Source of the DNA: Amphiscolops sp. MND2022
Taxonomy: Eukaryota
NCBI GenBank assembly: GCA_964187785.1
Contig: OZ076409.1
Span: forward strand, 69,256,001 to 69,320,000
DNA length: 64,000 bases
Direction: 5' to 3'
The notes below the pieces were generated by a model, which saw only the letters and a list, made by a program, of their open reading frames with translations, was not told where the DNA came from and made no database searches. Positions 14,099-26,477 of the stretch are shown here, piece after piece (the first letter of the stretch is position 1; every line of letters starts with the position of its first letter). The translations under genes and the position numbers were made by a program.

Positions 14099-15596
14099 TG
14101 TCACAGCCTAGAGCTTGTGTTGGACCCGTGGAGCAGCAATAGAGGCAAATGACTCGACCATCTATTATTTCAAACTGGAGAAAACTTATCACTTCTTGAG
14201 ACTTGTTTTACATGTATTCATATATGACTTTTGTACACCAGCATTATTCAAATTTGTTTGTCATTACAGTTAACTGTGCTCGTAAATTAATACTCATTCA
14301 TAAACAATTCGCTAAATGTTTCAAGGTGTTAACATATTTGATGTATAATATCGCTCAACATGATTTGTAGTGAAATGAATAAATTATGCATGATTTGTAT
14401 GATGCTTTAGTACGTAAGGACTTTATTTGAGTTAATCTGCCACATTGAGTTTGCAGCATATAGAAGTACAATATTGCCTTTTTCAACTCAATAATATCTT
14501 TTAGAAGTATGACTCATTACGTTGAATTAATTATACGTGCTACATTATGCTGAGATTAACACCTGCTTTACATATGAGTCATACTACGTGTTGCCACATT
14601 TTTCTCATAAACGATGAACGGAGTAATGCAGTTTGCGTGTTAACCAATCACAGGGAATTATTCGTCATGTAAGATACTATTAATAGATAATTGTGTCATG
14701 TAAGAATCTATTTATATAACTTTGGAAAATAACGGAGTGCTATTTTTAGCCATTACATAAAAATGATGTAATGATGATTTCCTAAAAGTTGGCTGTCATG
14801 CTGCTAAATATAGCCCAAATTAAAAAGGAGACTAAGGAACCCGATAATATTCATTCAACAGAAAACTTCCAGACTGATCAGACCTTTTTTTCATCTTCAT
14901 AACAATTGTTTCGACTTCGATAATTTAATGTTATGCGCATTTTCTTCAATCTCATTCCAACTCAATTTTACTTTGCTTCTCAAACCTAATTAAAATTCTT
15001 CTCTCCAACATTGCATTTTAATCTGGCCAAAATGGGAAACAAGAGAAATAGGAGATCTAGACGAGGACAATCACCCTCACTTGAGAGAGAGTTGAGCGCA
15101 TCAGAAATAGAGACATCACAAGGTAATGAAACAGTTATTGAAACTTTAAGTAACTTTGAAAATGTTGGTTCAGTTAGGGACGAAGAAATAGCTCTAGACA
15201 GCGGAACACAAAATGAAAACGAAATGCAAATTTGGACCCAAAGACTAACAGATAAAACGAACAAAGAAGTAACAAACTTAAGAAAAGAAATGGATGAAAA
15301 GTTAGAGAAAATACTGAAAGAAATGAAAAATAACAGAAGAACACAGTCCGTACCAAACAGGAGATATCGAGAACAAAACACCCCCAGAGCAGGAACTTCG
15401 AAATACATAAGTAATGAGGACGGTGAAGAAAACGCATCTGGACCAGAAAATCAAGAATGTGAGATACAGGATAATCCTTTCAGGCCATCTAATTTAAACG
15501 AACTTAGAACACCAATGCAACCTTTGGGCATACAAAACATTGATTTAAATGACTCTGTGGTCATGAATGAGGACCGTACACGAGAGGATTATCACA
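14099..15596 (+). repeat. Left LTR of element 1
   Basis: TGTCACAG...TATCACA; nearly identical to 24980-26477 (roughly 1-2% substitutions by eye); CTTGC lies on both sides. Confidence 0.92.
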
Positions 15597-15619
15597 CTTG
15601 CTATAAGGGGATAATTTAA
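15032..15619 (+). CDS. LTR-encoded ORF, probable Gag N-terminal region (basic start, coiled coil); terminates in flank
   Basis: MGNKRNRRSRR...NLRKEMDEKLEKILKEMK...EDYH is open up to the LTR end; the equivalent ORF in element 2 continues into gag. Confidence 0.6.
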   Translation: MGNKRNRRSRRGQSPSLERELSASEIETSQGNETVIETLSNFENVGSVRDEEIALDSGTQNENEMQIWTQRLTDKTNKEVTNLRKEMDEKLEKILKEMKNNRRTQSVPNRRYREQNTPRAGTSKYISNEDGEENASGPENQECEIQDNPFRPSNLNELRTPMQPLGIQNIDLNDSVVMNEDRTREDYHTCYKGII

Positions 15620-16123
15620 TGAAAATGAGACGTCTTTGTAAATCAGAAGTTCTCGGTCGGCTGCATTTGGGGAAGGAATTTTTTACCTATTATCTCGATT
15701 TTTGATGATTTTATGCAATTGATTTGAACGTTGTGGATGTTTTTATGGGTATAAGCATCCAAAACGCTCGAACATTTGTACACTTAGCTATTTATTAGAC
15801 ACTTTTATAAAACCTATAATAGTTCTTCCCAATTCATTCTCAATTTTTCTACTATTCAGTAGTTTGTTAGTACCTTGTTTTAAACTTTAAAAAAAATTTT
15901 TTGGCTAATCTCAAAACCACGAACGCACCGACGACAAAACATTTAGAAATTTCCTATTCTTCATGAAAAAGTTTTTCAAACAGTGTCGCAATTAGAATCA
16001 TTGAAAGCTCCAAGAAAACATGATATCCAGCATGCTTTTTTGAAGATAAAGTTGAAAACACTGATCAAAATTTGATCTCCAGAAAAAAGTTGCTAACCTG
16101 AAACAAGCAGCTATCCTTATCAC
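15597..16123 (+). repeat. Duplicate of the host flank that follows the right LTR (26478-27004)
   Basis: Direct sequence match from cttgctataagggg to ctatcct(t/g)atcac with a few substitutions. Confidence 0.9.
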
Positions 16124-18296
16124 ATGTAGCAGGAGCAATGAATACAGCTGCAGACTTCCTGTCGCGAACGGAAATTATTCCTACAGAAAAACTAGAAATG
16201 AATTTACGTAACGACATACAAACAAAAGCTATCGAGGTTAATATCCAATCCTCTGGCATAGCCGAAGAAGAACAAATTTACGTCCACCCGGACGATGAAA
16301 ATGATGAAAAAACACTCTGGGAACAGAAAGACAACATCCGAAATCAAGCACAAACAGAAACACACAATGAACCGGAAAACGAAATAACTGAATTACAAAA
16401 TTTCCATAAACCAACTGCCGGAACAGTAGATTATCGGGAAGGACATTTCCGAGACAATGCAAAAATCCGACTCGAATAAAATAATGACCCAGTCCTTCGC
16501 AATCTCAGAGCCAAAATAGAGGGTGAACCTTTTGATCAATCAGCGTTCACACAAGACAATCGTTACCAACACTACCTACAAAACATACCCCGCATCGAAA
16601 TCCGACAAGACATTCTTGTACGAAAATACTACAATGATATTGGACAAATCTCACACTACCAAATACTCTTACCAAAACAGCTTCTTGAAGAGTTCCTACA
16701 AGCATTGCATGGACACAATGCAAATCACCCAGGAATAACAAAAATGATACAGGAAGCACGACAAAAATACTATTACCCATGCTTGGCAAAACACATCAAA
16801 AATGGGTACAAAACTGCCAAATGTGCATTCAAAACAAAAAAATCAACAATGATTTACTGAAAACAGAACTCTTAAACTGTCCAGAATGGGATCTCGGCCC
16901 AGAAGATATTCTTCAGATGGACATTCTACCTAATCTCCCACCAAGTGGAGGATTTGATAACATCATAACAGCAATTGATGTCTTCTCAAGATATTTATTT
17001 GCTTATCCAACAACCCGAATCACAGCCCCTACAGTCGCAAGTGTCATTATGGACATTCTGTGCAAACACACATATTTACCAACGACCATAATAACTGACA
17101 TGGGCACTCAATTCAACTCACAAAGCACCCGAGAAGTAGCAGCAGTGCTTGGAGTTGAACTAAAACATGCTTCGACAAAACATGCACAAACAATCGGCAT
17201 GCTAGAACGCACTCATGCTACAGTAAAAACACATTTGAAAGCAGCTACAGGTGAATTCCGCAATAATTGGCACAATATCCTACCACTGGCTGTCTTAAAC
17301 CACAACACAACGTATCATACTAGCTTAGGATGCGAACCCACCCGTGTTTTCCACGGCAAGATACCACATAACATCTTAGACTACAAGCTGGGCTATAATC
17401 CTAACCCATGTTATACTCCACAGTCTGACATTGCAGAAGAAATACAACGCAGAATGCAGATACTCAATGATCAAACCAAAAAGAACATCATGCAGTCATA
17501 CTTAAAATATAAAGCATACTATGACCGCAAGGCGAAAGCAGCACCGCTTACTACAACAGACTATTGCTATATACTGAACCCAAAGGCAGACACACAAGCA
17601 ACAAAACTTTCGTTTCGAGAATTCCGTTGGATAGGGCCCTACAAAGTTGAAAAGGTCCTACCTAACAATAATTACATCGTACGAAGGCTAGGGACAAACA
17701 AAACACAACTGTTACACCGAATACGTTTGAGGAAATTTACACCTAGCGCACCACTAGCCGATAATGTTGTCAGAGAAACTGATTGGCAAAAAGACGACAA
17801 CATGATAGTAACACACGATGATCTGTATGCCCATACATGGGACACAAACTTTGGTACAGATCCATTTGAAACAGAACTCCCAGATAACGAACAAGAGGAC
17901 ATACAAGAATATGTACCGATTAACCGCCCACCCTCCCTCGAAATTTCAAAAAACAGTGGGGGAGCCTCGGTAGAACAAACTACCGTTCCTAATATAGAAA
18001 CCCCAATCGAAAACACAGAAAACGAAACTGATACAAATGATAATCAGCATAACATACTACCTAACCCTACTATTGATGCAGAAAAGTCCCCAGAAATTGC
18101 AGGTGGAAATCAAGAAATAACACTACCAGAAGATAATGTTGAGGTTCAAAAAGGAAAATCACCCACAAATACATGTGGACAAAAATACAATTTACGACCG
18201 AATCCAAACCTTAATTTTTCAGATTATATTAAAAACAAGAGACTATCAAGACTGAACTCACTGCTTCTTAACTTGAATCACTACCGTAACAAGTAA
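16121..18296 (+). pseudogene. pol: pol remnant: RNase H C-terminus plus integrase (HHCC, DDE, GPY module)
   Basis: HVAGAMNTAADFLSR; HGHNANHPG...C..C; LQMDIL / ITDMG / MLERTH; WIGPYKV. In-frame stop at 16477-16479 and a frameshift near 16790. Confidence 0.92.
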
Positions 18297-18362
18297 ATAG
18301 AACGTAATACAAATGAAAGAGTATTTTGTTCCAAAATAAAGAACAGTATAAAGCACAGCAAA

Positions 18363-21300
18363 CTAATCGTGCTTGTTTGGAGTAAAAACCCCTTTCTTCT
18401 TCTCCTTCTTCTCTCCGGATTTGGGTGGATCTACATCGGGAAACATGGGCACCTCAAACAAGCGTCGTACCACTGGACTAGCTTTGCTAGTTGAGGGTTT
18501 CTCCGGAGAAGTTTTACTGGGGGTACTAGTTGCACTAGAACTTCTGCTGGGAACTGAATCAGCAGTTGACAACCAAATAGTCTCATCATCCACGCTACTC
18601 TTCTTATAATAGGCTTCCAAGGAAGCTCGAATCCCAATCTTGTGGAAATAGTTCGATGACAGTAAATTCCACATGGAGAACTTACGCTTATGCATCAACC
18701 CAGGCCCTTGGTCAAGAAGAGCGAAGGCTCGGGGTGAGGAAGCAGAGGCCAAAAATAAGCTTTCAATCTTCTTGATTGATGCAATCGAACACTGGAGACT
18801 TCTCACTGCAGAATTAAATTCTGAAACGTCTGACTTGAGTCCGTCCAAAGAAACAGTGAATAAAGGGGGAGCCTGAGAAGGACTTCTCAAAGTTTCGCAC
18901 AAATCCGGAAAAGCCGAAATAACTCTGCCCGACTTTGTAACTCGTAGTACCGAGAGAAGAAGCTCACCCATTCTTTACTGCCATTGTCGACTTTGTCCGG
19001 TCGAAATTTCGTCACCAGGGAACAGTACTCGCTCACGATGACGGGCTTAACGCTTGGTGCGATCCATTTTTGTTGGACGAAGTAACCACATAGCAATTGT
19101 ATGGAATCGGTGTAGTGAGCTGAATTGCCAACTTTAACCACGACTTCGTCAAATGAAGACAACCCCCTGACGAATGAAGAGGTTGCTAATTCGCTGGTAA
19201 GAAGTTTCTTTAAAAAGCGCTTGTAAAAGGAAACAACTTGGCTGACAAACCGTCTTGGGGTAGGGATCCTACTCTTCTGCATTAGATCAGAAAAATCCTT
19301 GTCCAGCAAGAATTCATCAACTGTCTTGAACACTAGCTTTTCATCATCCATGTCCAAACTGAGGTAACTGTCCCAATCAGCGACATCACCAAGTTGAGTA
19401 GCAGGAAGGATAACTTGAAGTTGAGAGTAAATAAAGACACAGAATTGGTTGAATAAACGGAAACCCCCAGCAACAGTGGTGTGAACTTCCTTGAAGATTG
19501 AATTGTCTGGAACAATGATAAACTTTGTGATCTCAAATTATGGTTACAAAGATTTTCTTGGTCGATCCTTACAAAAGGGTTCTCCTAATGAGCGATCTTA
19601 AAGTTTGGAAAATAACAGTAACCCCTACTAAAACAAGGGGGACAACTCAAAAGTATGAAATCAAAATCAAATACTAACATTGGCTAAGTATGTTGCGGGT
19701 GATGAATAACCGCGCGACGAAGACTCGGTCCTTGACAATGAGATCATCCATTCCGGTGGGCTAAAAGGAAGAAGGAAGAGATTATATACTTAAAATCGAA
19801 CACAAGAAGAAGAAAAACCCAATCCAACAAAGCAAGTAGAGTTTCAAGAAGACGGAATTAAAGTACACAAACCTCGTGCATATGGAAGCGGTAGGTGGAG
19901 ATACGTCTACTGTTATAAAGATGTGCCACCACATTGTCCCAATTTGCGATCAACTGATCCAAAATCTCAACGGCTTGTGTCAAGTCATAGTCGAAATTAG
20001 TCACCATCTGAAAAATAACAATCACTATGAAATAGAAATCACGTGCTAAAATACTAAACATAAAGACAAAATGACGAATTCGTTCACCAGCAAGTTCAAC
20101 ATCACAATTTTGATGTGGCATGATTCATTCAACAACTAATATTGTGACGCAATGATGAATCATACATAATTGTGAAGAAAAGAACTAATTGAAAGAGTCG
20201 ATTATGCCGTACTATGCTGCAAACTATGAGATGCATAATGGGTATCTTTGAACATTTGAGCACGAAAAATGGAAAGTTGAAACAAGTTATGCGGCAGCCT
20301 ACTGCAAGAAATGAAGTACAATGACTTGGGAGCAAAGAACCGAAGAGGTAAGCATCGAAAAACTTGATTCAGAATCGCAACGCTGTTTATAAAGTTTGGA
20401 ACTCACAAATTAGTCCAACAGGCTATTTTTGCCGAATGATAAAGCCGAATAAATTAAGGGAGTAACTTATCGTATGGATTTATCATCTCTTAATTATGAC
20501 AAAATAAAGAAAGGAAACAAAACATTACCCTTTGAAAATCTGGGAGAACAGACAACCATGAACTTCCACATGCCGATCGAAGCCGCATTAGGAGGAAGTC
20601 GAGTACGCTGCGGAAGTCAAACCGGTCAAGGAGTTGCACCGACGGCACTAGAAGAACACTCTCAAGATCATCGGCATCGAATCTAGGAGTTGCACAAATT
20701 CTTCTCCGCTGCGGTAAGACTCGAGAAATTGCCCTTACGAAACGTCGAGTGAACCCAGACATAAACAGGATTTGCACGTCTTTGTCTAACAGCGCCAATA
20801 AACTGCTCACAGGATTGATGAGTGCGGTAGAATTGGTCATTCGCCCAGGGAACACAGCAATACACAAACTGTGAAGAGAATTTCCAGCCCAAAAGTTTAT
20901 GAAAAGTCTGGTTTCGTTAGAAAGAACTGCAAGACGAAGAGAGAAACTGCCCGAAGCTTCTATTGAAGTCACACAGTATGACAGCAATTCGCGAAACATG
21001 TGAGTTAGCAATCCCTAAATACAAAAGAAAAGAGTTGAATATTGAAGAAAAGTTCGGAACATAGATACAATGGGAAATTTACTTACCAATACTCGATGTG
21101 GTCTCCAATCGTACTGTGAAATTGGCTCGATGGATTTTGGTTTCACGAACGAGATCATGCCAAAGTGCTATAACGGTGTCCAAATGTCCTCCATGAACCA
21201 AGCCAAATTTGAGGAGATTGAGTTGCGATAAGACTTCCTTGCTCGGGGGGCTCGCTGAAGCTCCTTCCGGTTGTTCTAACTGGCCAACCCGTAAATAATA

Positions 21301-22813
21301 ACCACCAAGTCTGGGAGCCACAGAAAATTCTCTTTTCGCCCGATCCTTAGCATACTTGAGGGCCATGCCAGTGAGCTCGTTACAATGTTTATCGTACAAG
21401 GGGAGCCCAGGAGTCTCCATCCTGATACGGTGCTCCTTCACCAAATGAGCATCAGTCCGATAATGCCCCAGGATTTCGAGAGGTCCTTATGTCATCAAGG
21501 AGAGTTCGACCAAGCATACCCGGCACCGATATTTCTGGGGGTATCGCGCTGCGTCAGTGGGAGCGGTTACGAAGTACTTTAATATGGGGTATTTGTGATA
21601 CATCCACCCCGCTAATATGTGTCGTGGCTTCGCCCTTATCCCAGGCGGGGCTCCCTCATCTCGTCGGGTGTGCCTTGGTTTTTTGATAGGCTTTTCCTTG
21701 GGCACTTCCAATTCTTCAGCAGAAGAAAGATCTGAGCTGCCTGATGAATCCGATGAAGTGTCGTCACTCTCTTCTATTTGCCGGACTAGAGGCTTTTTGG
21801 GGGATGGTACCTCCTCTTTTGTCTCCAGTTCGCCTTGATGGCTGGCCATGGCTGGTGGAGAGTTGCCTGTCACTGTCTCGTGATACTGTTCTAGTATCTT
21901 ATCTCTGGCTTCCTCAGCTGCTTCTGCGAGTAGCCGTTCTAATCTTTGGTCTCCAGTGTCTTAGGGGCTAGAATGGAGTGCAACAGACGAATTGGTAACT
22001 GACATTTTTGCCCCCGTTTTTGGACTCTGCTGTTTCTTACTAGGGGGAGTCGAGCTAAGTAAAAACCTCGTAAAAGGAGAATCTTTAGAGGTACTTGGAA
22101 TCAATAATGAAGGGTTGTCGTCATTCGCAAAAGATGATGAGGAACAAGGTCGTTTGTTTCCAATTGGAGCATTACAAGGTTTTGAAGCTGATTCGCACTG
22201 TTTTGGAGGATTATCTGAACGACTTTCGGCCGTTGCTAACCTCTCAACGGGCTTAGTAGTTTCAACGTACTGACTGAAATCTCCGTCCAACAAAATTTGT
22301 GGAGAAAACTCCGGAGGAATATCGTCTTCATCAATCGAAAATCTTGGATTAGCTCTGACACTCAGAGTAACACTGGGCTTTGCAGCTAAGCGTCCTGATT
22401 TCACAGAAGTAAAGGGGAGTCTACTTTGTGATTGAGCTGGGGAAGAATCTGAAACAAAATTTGAAACATTGTGCTATATTCTGCAACCGGAAGTCAGTAT
22501 TTCCGCACAAAATTTGAAAAGGTGCTACATTCTGCAACCGGAAGTAAATGTTTTCGCACGAAATTTGAAAAAAGGAAAGTTGACAAATCTGAAGATAGTC
22601 GACAAAAGATATGAGTCTGGCCAGCTCATATTAAACTTCGAGATATCTCAAAAAGCAATCACTTAACCTGATCTGATCAGGAAAATACTGCAATTCAAGC
22701 TTACCACTTTTAGATGTAGATTTCTTCTTCTTCTGTTTGTTGGATGTCCCTGCTAGTGGCGATTTTGCTCCCTGATCCTTTTCGCTCGCTGATGATTGCC
22801 GAGTGCAAACCAT
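18363..22813 (-). pseudogene. Spliced antisense accessory gene of element 1 (Ser-rich N-terminus, CxxC..H..H zinc finger, hAT-transposase-like body)
   Basis: Exons 22813-22705, 22448-21087, 21014-20529, 20007-19873, 19760-19679, about 19604-19490 and about 19412-18363, mostly with GT..AG ends. In-frame stops at 21961 and 21487 and frameshifts are present; homologous to 28939-31657. Confidence 0.7.
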
Positions 22814-23084
22814 CGTTTTGTAAGAGAAGAGAAACAATAATCCAGTACAAAGAATTTGTGATGTGAATTTTAAAATTGGTGCAACGAATTCGAGCGAAAT
22901 CCAAATGGAAAATTACAAACTAATCTATAAAAAATTGCAAAATGAACACGGACAGATGAAAGTTGGAAGCAAAAGGAAACTTTAGACTTTAAAGACGGAA
23001 ATTTGACAAACAAAACTGCGGCGTGGCTTCCGGCTGAACAAATTCTAAGCATGACAAATTAGCATATTTGCGCAAATACTGTGC

Positions 23085-23196
23085 GCTGATTGGATGAGCT
23101 TATTACGGACCAATCAAATCTGCCAGAAAGATTGATGTCCTGAACGGCATTGCTGAAACAAATTACGCATACATGACGCCCCGCCCTCTAGTGGCA
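23085..23196. promoter_or_regulatory. Candidate internal promoter/insulator: two opposed CCAAT boxes, GC box, CTCF-like motif
   Basis: ATTGG 23089-23093, CCAAT 23110-23114, CCCCGCCC and CCGCCCTCTAGTGGCA 23181-23196, located between two divergent ORFs. Confidence 0.4.
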
Positions 23197-23872
23197 ATTT
23201 GATGTCATGTGTGAAAACAGACAGCAAAATGCAGTACAATACAAACTGAATGACCTAAAACAGAAAAATCCTACAATCATGTTTCATTCTCCTCATTTAC
23301 CTAACTAGCATGCATTACGTATCTGACATATTTATGCTGAAATGAACGTCATGAAGCAGTGTGTACATGATTTAAGGGAGTGAATTAAACTATTTTAATT
23401 ATGAAACTTGTCATGTATTTTAATTGAAAGTCATGTAATTTGGTTTAATTTCATTTTTGTTGATGATATTACTCAAAACGCATGCTATATTCCCATAAAA
23501 GGAAAATTTGTAAATTCTAAAAAATAGAACCGAGTTCTTAAAATTCATCATGCAGAATCTCACCTATATTTGTTTACAGTCAATTGTTATGCCTTTGTCA
23601 TCTCGAATGGGAAATTAACACCCTTATCCACCATATATGGAAGTTGTAAAGAGGACTTCATTTTGTTGTGGAGCTATTTAACTAAAATTGAGGTATAATC
23701 TAACGGTTACCCTAAAATTGCCGGGAAAAGGTTAACAAGAGAGGAAGATGACTCCACAAACTACCTACCTTATTCGGAAAACCCGGGAGAATAGTCAAAT
23801 TGTGAAGAAAAACGAAAAAGATTCATTCAATCAAAACTTTCTGAGAAAAACAGTTGAAACTTCAAAATCCAA

Positions 23873-25023
23873 ATGGAAAGCAAAATGCCAAGAACCTCAA
23901 ATCTCTTCACCATCGACGAGGATATGCAATCCATCTCTACAAATTCCCCTGGATTAATTAATATATCCAGTGATTCTGGGGAAGAATTTGTAACCGAGCA
24001 GTCCTACGTCGACCCAATTGACTTGAGATTCAGAGCCGGAGGGCCACTGCAAGACCCGATGTTGGCTTTTGTCAACGAAGATGCGGCTAGACTGTTCGCG
24101 GTTAGCGAGACAGTGTCGAGAGAAGATTCTTTCATCGATGTTATCGAAACTGACATCGAAAGAGAAATATTGAGCACAATAACCGAAAACACTGAACTAC
24201 CAGATTTTTCGCTTTCATCATTCGTCGAGTCAGACGAGAGCAATGATGATAATTTGCTGTTAAACGCGGACTTCGCAAACGCACCAAGAATTAGTTATGG
24301 TAGGCCCGTAGTCGCTGTTCCCCCGATGCGCGTTGGGGAAGTAATAGCACAGATGCCTCCGCTATCACAAAGTAATGTCAACAACTCCCTAAACAATCTC
24401 CATAGAAATGGTCCAATAAGACCAGTGCCAATAACTCCGATGGTGGTACCCCAAGAAATTCTGATCGTCAATCAACCTCATCAAAATAATCGTACTAGGG
24501 GAATTCTGCAAACGCCCTTAAGGGACAAAAACTTTAACCAAAATACTCAGCAACACATGTCTACCTTGACTGGCCGTGGAGCAATCCCTTTCCAACATGC
24601 TGGAATAACTAACATACAACATCTTGGTAACCTAGATAATTCTGGATATTATTACAACTCCGCCGGGCAACTATATTTAGACCCTCAAGGTGTACACAAT
24701 AACCCCGGGGTAGCTGAGACTTATCCTACCCAAGCATACAACAGTATGCAGGAACAGCCAATCCACAGAAGGATGCAGCTTAACCCGCCTGTAATGCCGC
24801 ACGTTCAGGGGAACTGTCACTGGTGTGGAAAACCTATGACGAAGTAGCCCTTGACGCCTTAGCAGCTTATACGATCGCCACCGAATACCCATGTGAAACA
24901 GTAAGAGACCGGAACATCAGGTCGCGAGCCTATCTAGATGGGTTCGAGGCTGCACTCATTTGCTTCAAAAATGCTGGCCTGTCACAGCCTAGAGCTTGTG
25001 TTGGACCCGTGGAGCAGCAATAG
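23873..25023 (+). pseudogene. Sense accessory ORF of element 1, unknown function, ends inside the right LTR
   Basis: 324-aa ORF (acidic, then Pro/Asn/Gln-rich, CHWC). It continues in another frame after an apparent 1-nt loss in ggaaaacc (about 24830) as YDEVALDAL...GLSQPRACVGPVEQQ*. Confidence 0.6.
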
Positions 25024-26477
25024 AGGCAAGTGACTCGACCATCTATTATTTCAAACTGGAGAAAACTTATCACTTCTTGAGACTTGTTTTACATGTATTC
25101 ATAAATGACTTTTGTACACCAGCATTATTCAAATTTGTTTGTCATTACAGTTAACTGTGCTCGTAAATTAATACTGATTCATAAACAATTCGCTAAATGT
25201 TACAAGCTGTTAACATATTTGATGTATAATATCGCTCAACATGATTTGTAGTGAAATGAATAAATTATGCATGATTTGTATGATGCTTTAGTACGTAAGG
25301 ACTTTATTTGAGTTAATCTGCCACATTGAATTTGCAGCATATAGAAGTACAATATTGCCTTTTTCAACTCAATTATATCTTTTAGAAGTATGACTCATTA
25401 CGTTGAATTAATTATACGTGCTACATTATGCTGAGATTAACACCTGCATTACATTTGAGTCATACTACGTGTTGCCACATTTTTCTCATAAACGATGAAC
25501 GGAGTAATGCAGTTTGCGTGTTAACCAATCACAGGGAATTATTCGTCATGTAAGATACTATTAATAGATAATTGTGTCATGTAAGAATCTATATATATAA
25601 TTTTGGAAAATAACGGAGTGCTATTTTTAGCCATTACATAAAAATGATGTGATGATGATTTCCTAAAAATTGGCTGTCATGCTGCTAAATATAGCCCAAA
25701 TTAAAAAGGAGACTAAGTAACCCGATAATATTCATTCAACAGAAAACTTCCAGACTGATCAGACCTTTTTTTCATCTTCATAACATTTGTTTCGACTTCC
25801 ATAATTTAATGTTATGCGCATTTTCTTCAATCTCATTCCAACTCAATTTTACTTTGCTTCTCAAACCTAATTAAAATTCTTCTCTCCAACATTGCATTTT
25901 AATCTGGCCAAAATGGGAAACAAGAGAAATAGGAGATCTAGACGAGGACAATCACCCTCACTTGAGAGAGAGTTGAGCGCATCAGAAATAGAGACATCAC
26001 AAGGTAATGAAACAGTTATTGAAACTTTAAGTAACTTTGAAAATGTTGGTTCAGTTAGGGACGAAGAAATAGCTCTAGACAGCGGAACACAAAATGAAAA
26101 CGAAATGCAAATTTGGACCCAAAGAATAACAGATAAAACGAACAAAGAAGTAACAAACTTAAGAAAAGAAATGGATGAAAAGTTAGAGAAAATACTGAAA
26201 GAAATGAAAAATAACAGAAGAACACAGTCCGTACCAAACAGGAGATATCGAGAACAAAACACCCCCAGAGCAGGCACTTCGAAATACATAAGTAATGAGG
26301 ACGGTGAAGAAAACGCATCTGGACCAGAAAATCAAGAATGTGAGATACAGGATAATCCTTTCAGGCCATCTAATTTAAACGAACTTAGAACACCAATGCA
26401 ACCTTTGGGCATACAAAACATTGATTTAAATGACTCTGTGGTCATGAATGAGGACCGTACACGAGAGGATTATCACA
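24980..26477 (+). repeat. Right (3') LTR of element 1
   Basis: Matches 14099-15596; followed by TSD CTTGC. Confidence 0.92.

Larger units (their letters stand above)
14099..26477 (+). mobile_element. Ty3/Gypsy LTR retrotransposon, element 1 (rearranged; gag core/PR/RT missing)
   Basis: Two 1498-bp direct repeats with TGT...ACA ends, 5-bp TSD CTTGC (14094-14098 and 26478-26482), and an internal RNase H end followed by integrase. Confidence 0.92.

Noticed and set aside
14986..15437. Minus-strand hydrophobic ORFs in the LTRs
   Set aside because: Antisense shadows of the A-rich Gag-like ORF.
14099..16123. Treating the whole 2025-bp direct repeat as the LTR
   Set aside because: TG..CA ends and the CTTGC TSD place the LTR end at 15596; the remainder is duplicated flank.
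23873..24847. env gene in the usual post-pol position
   Set aside because: No signal peptide, cleavage site or transmembrane segment is visible.
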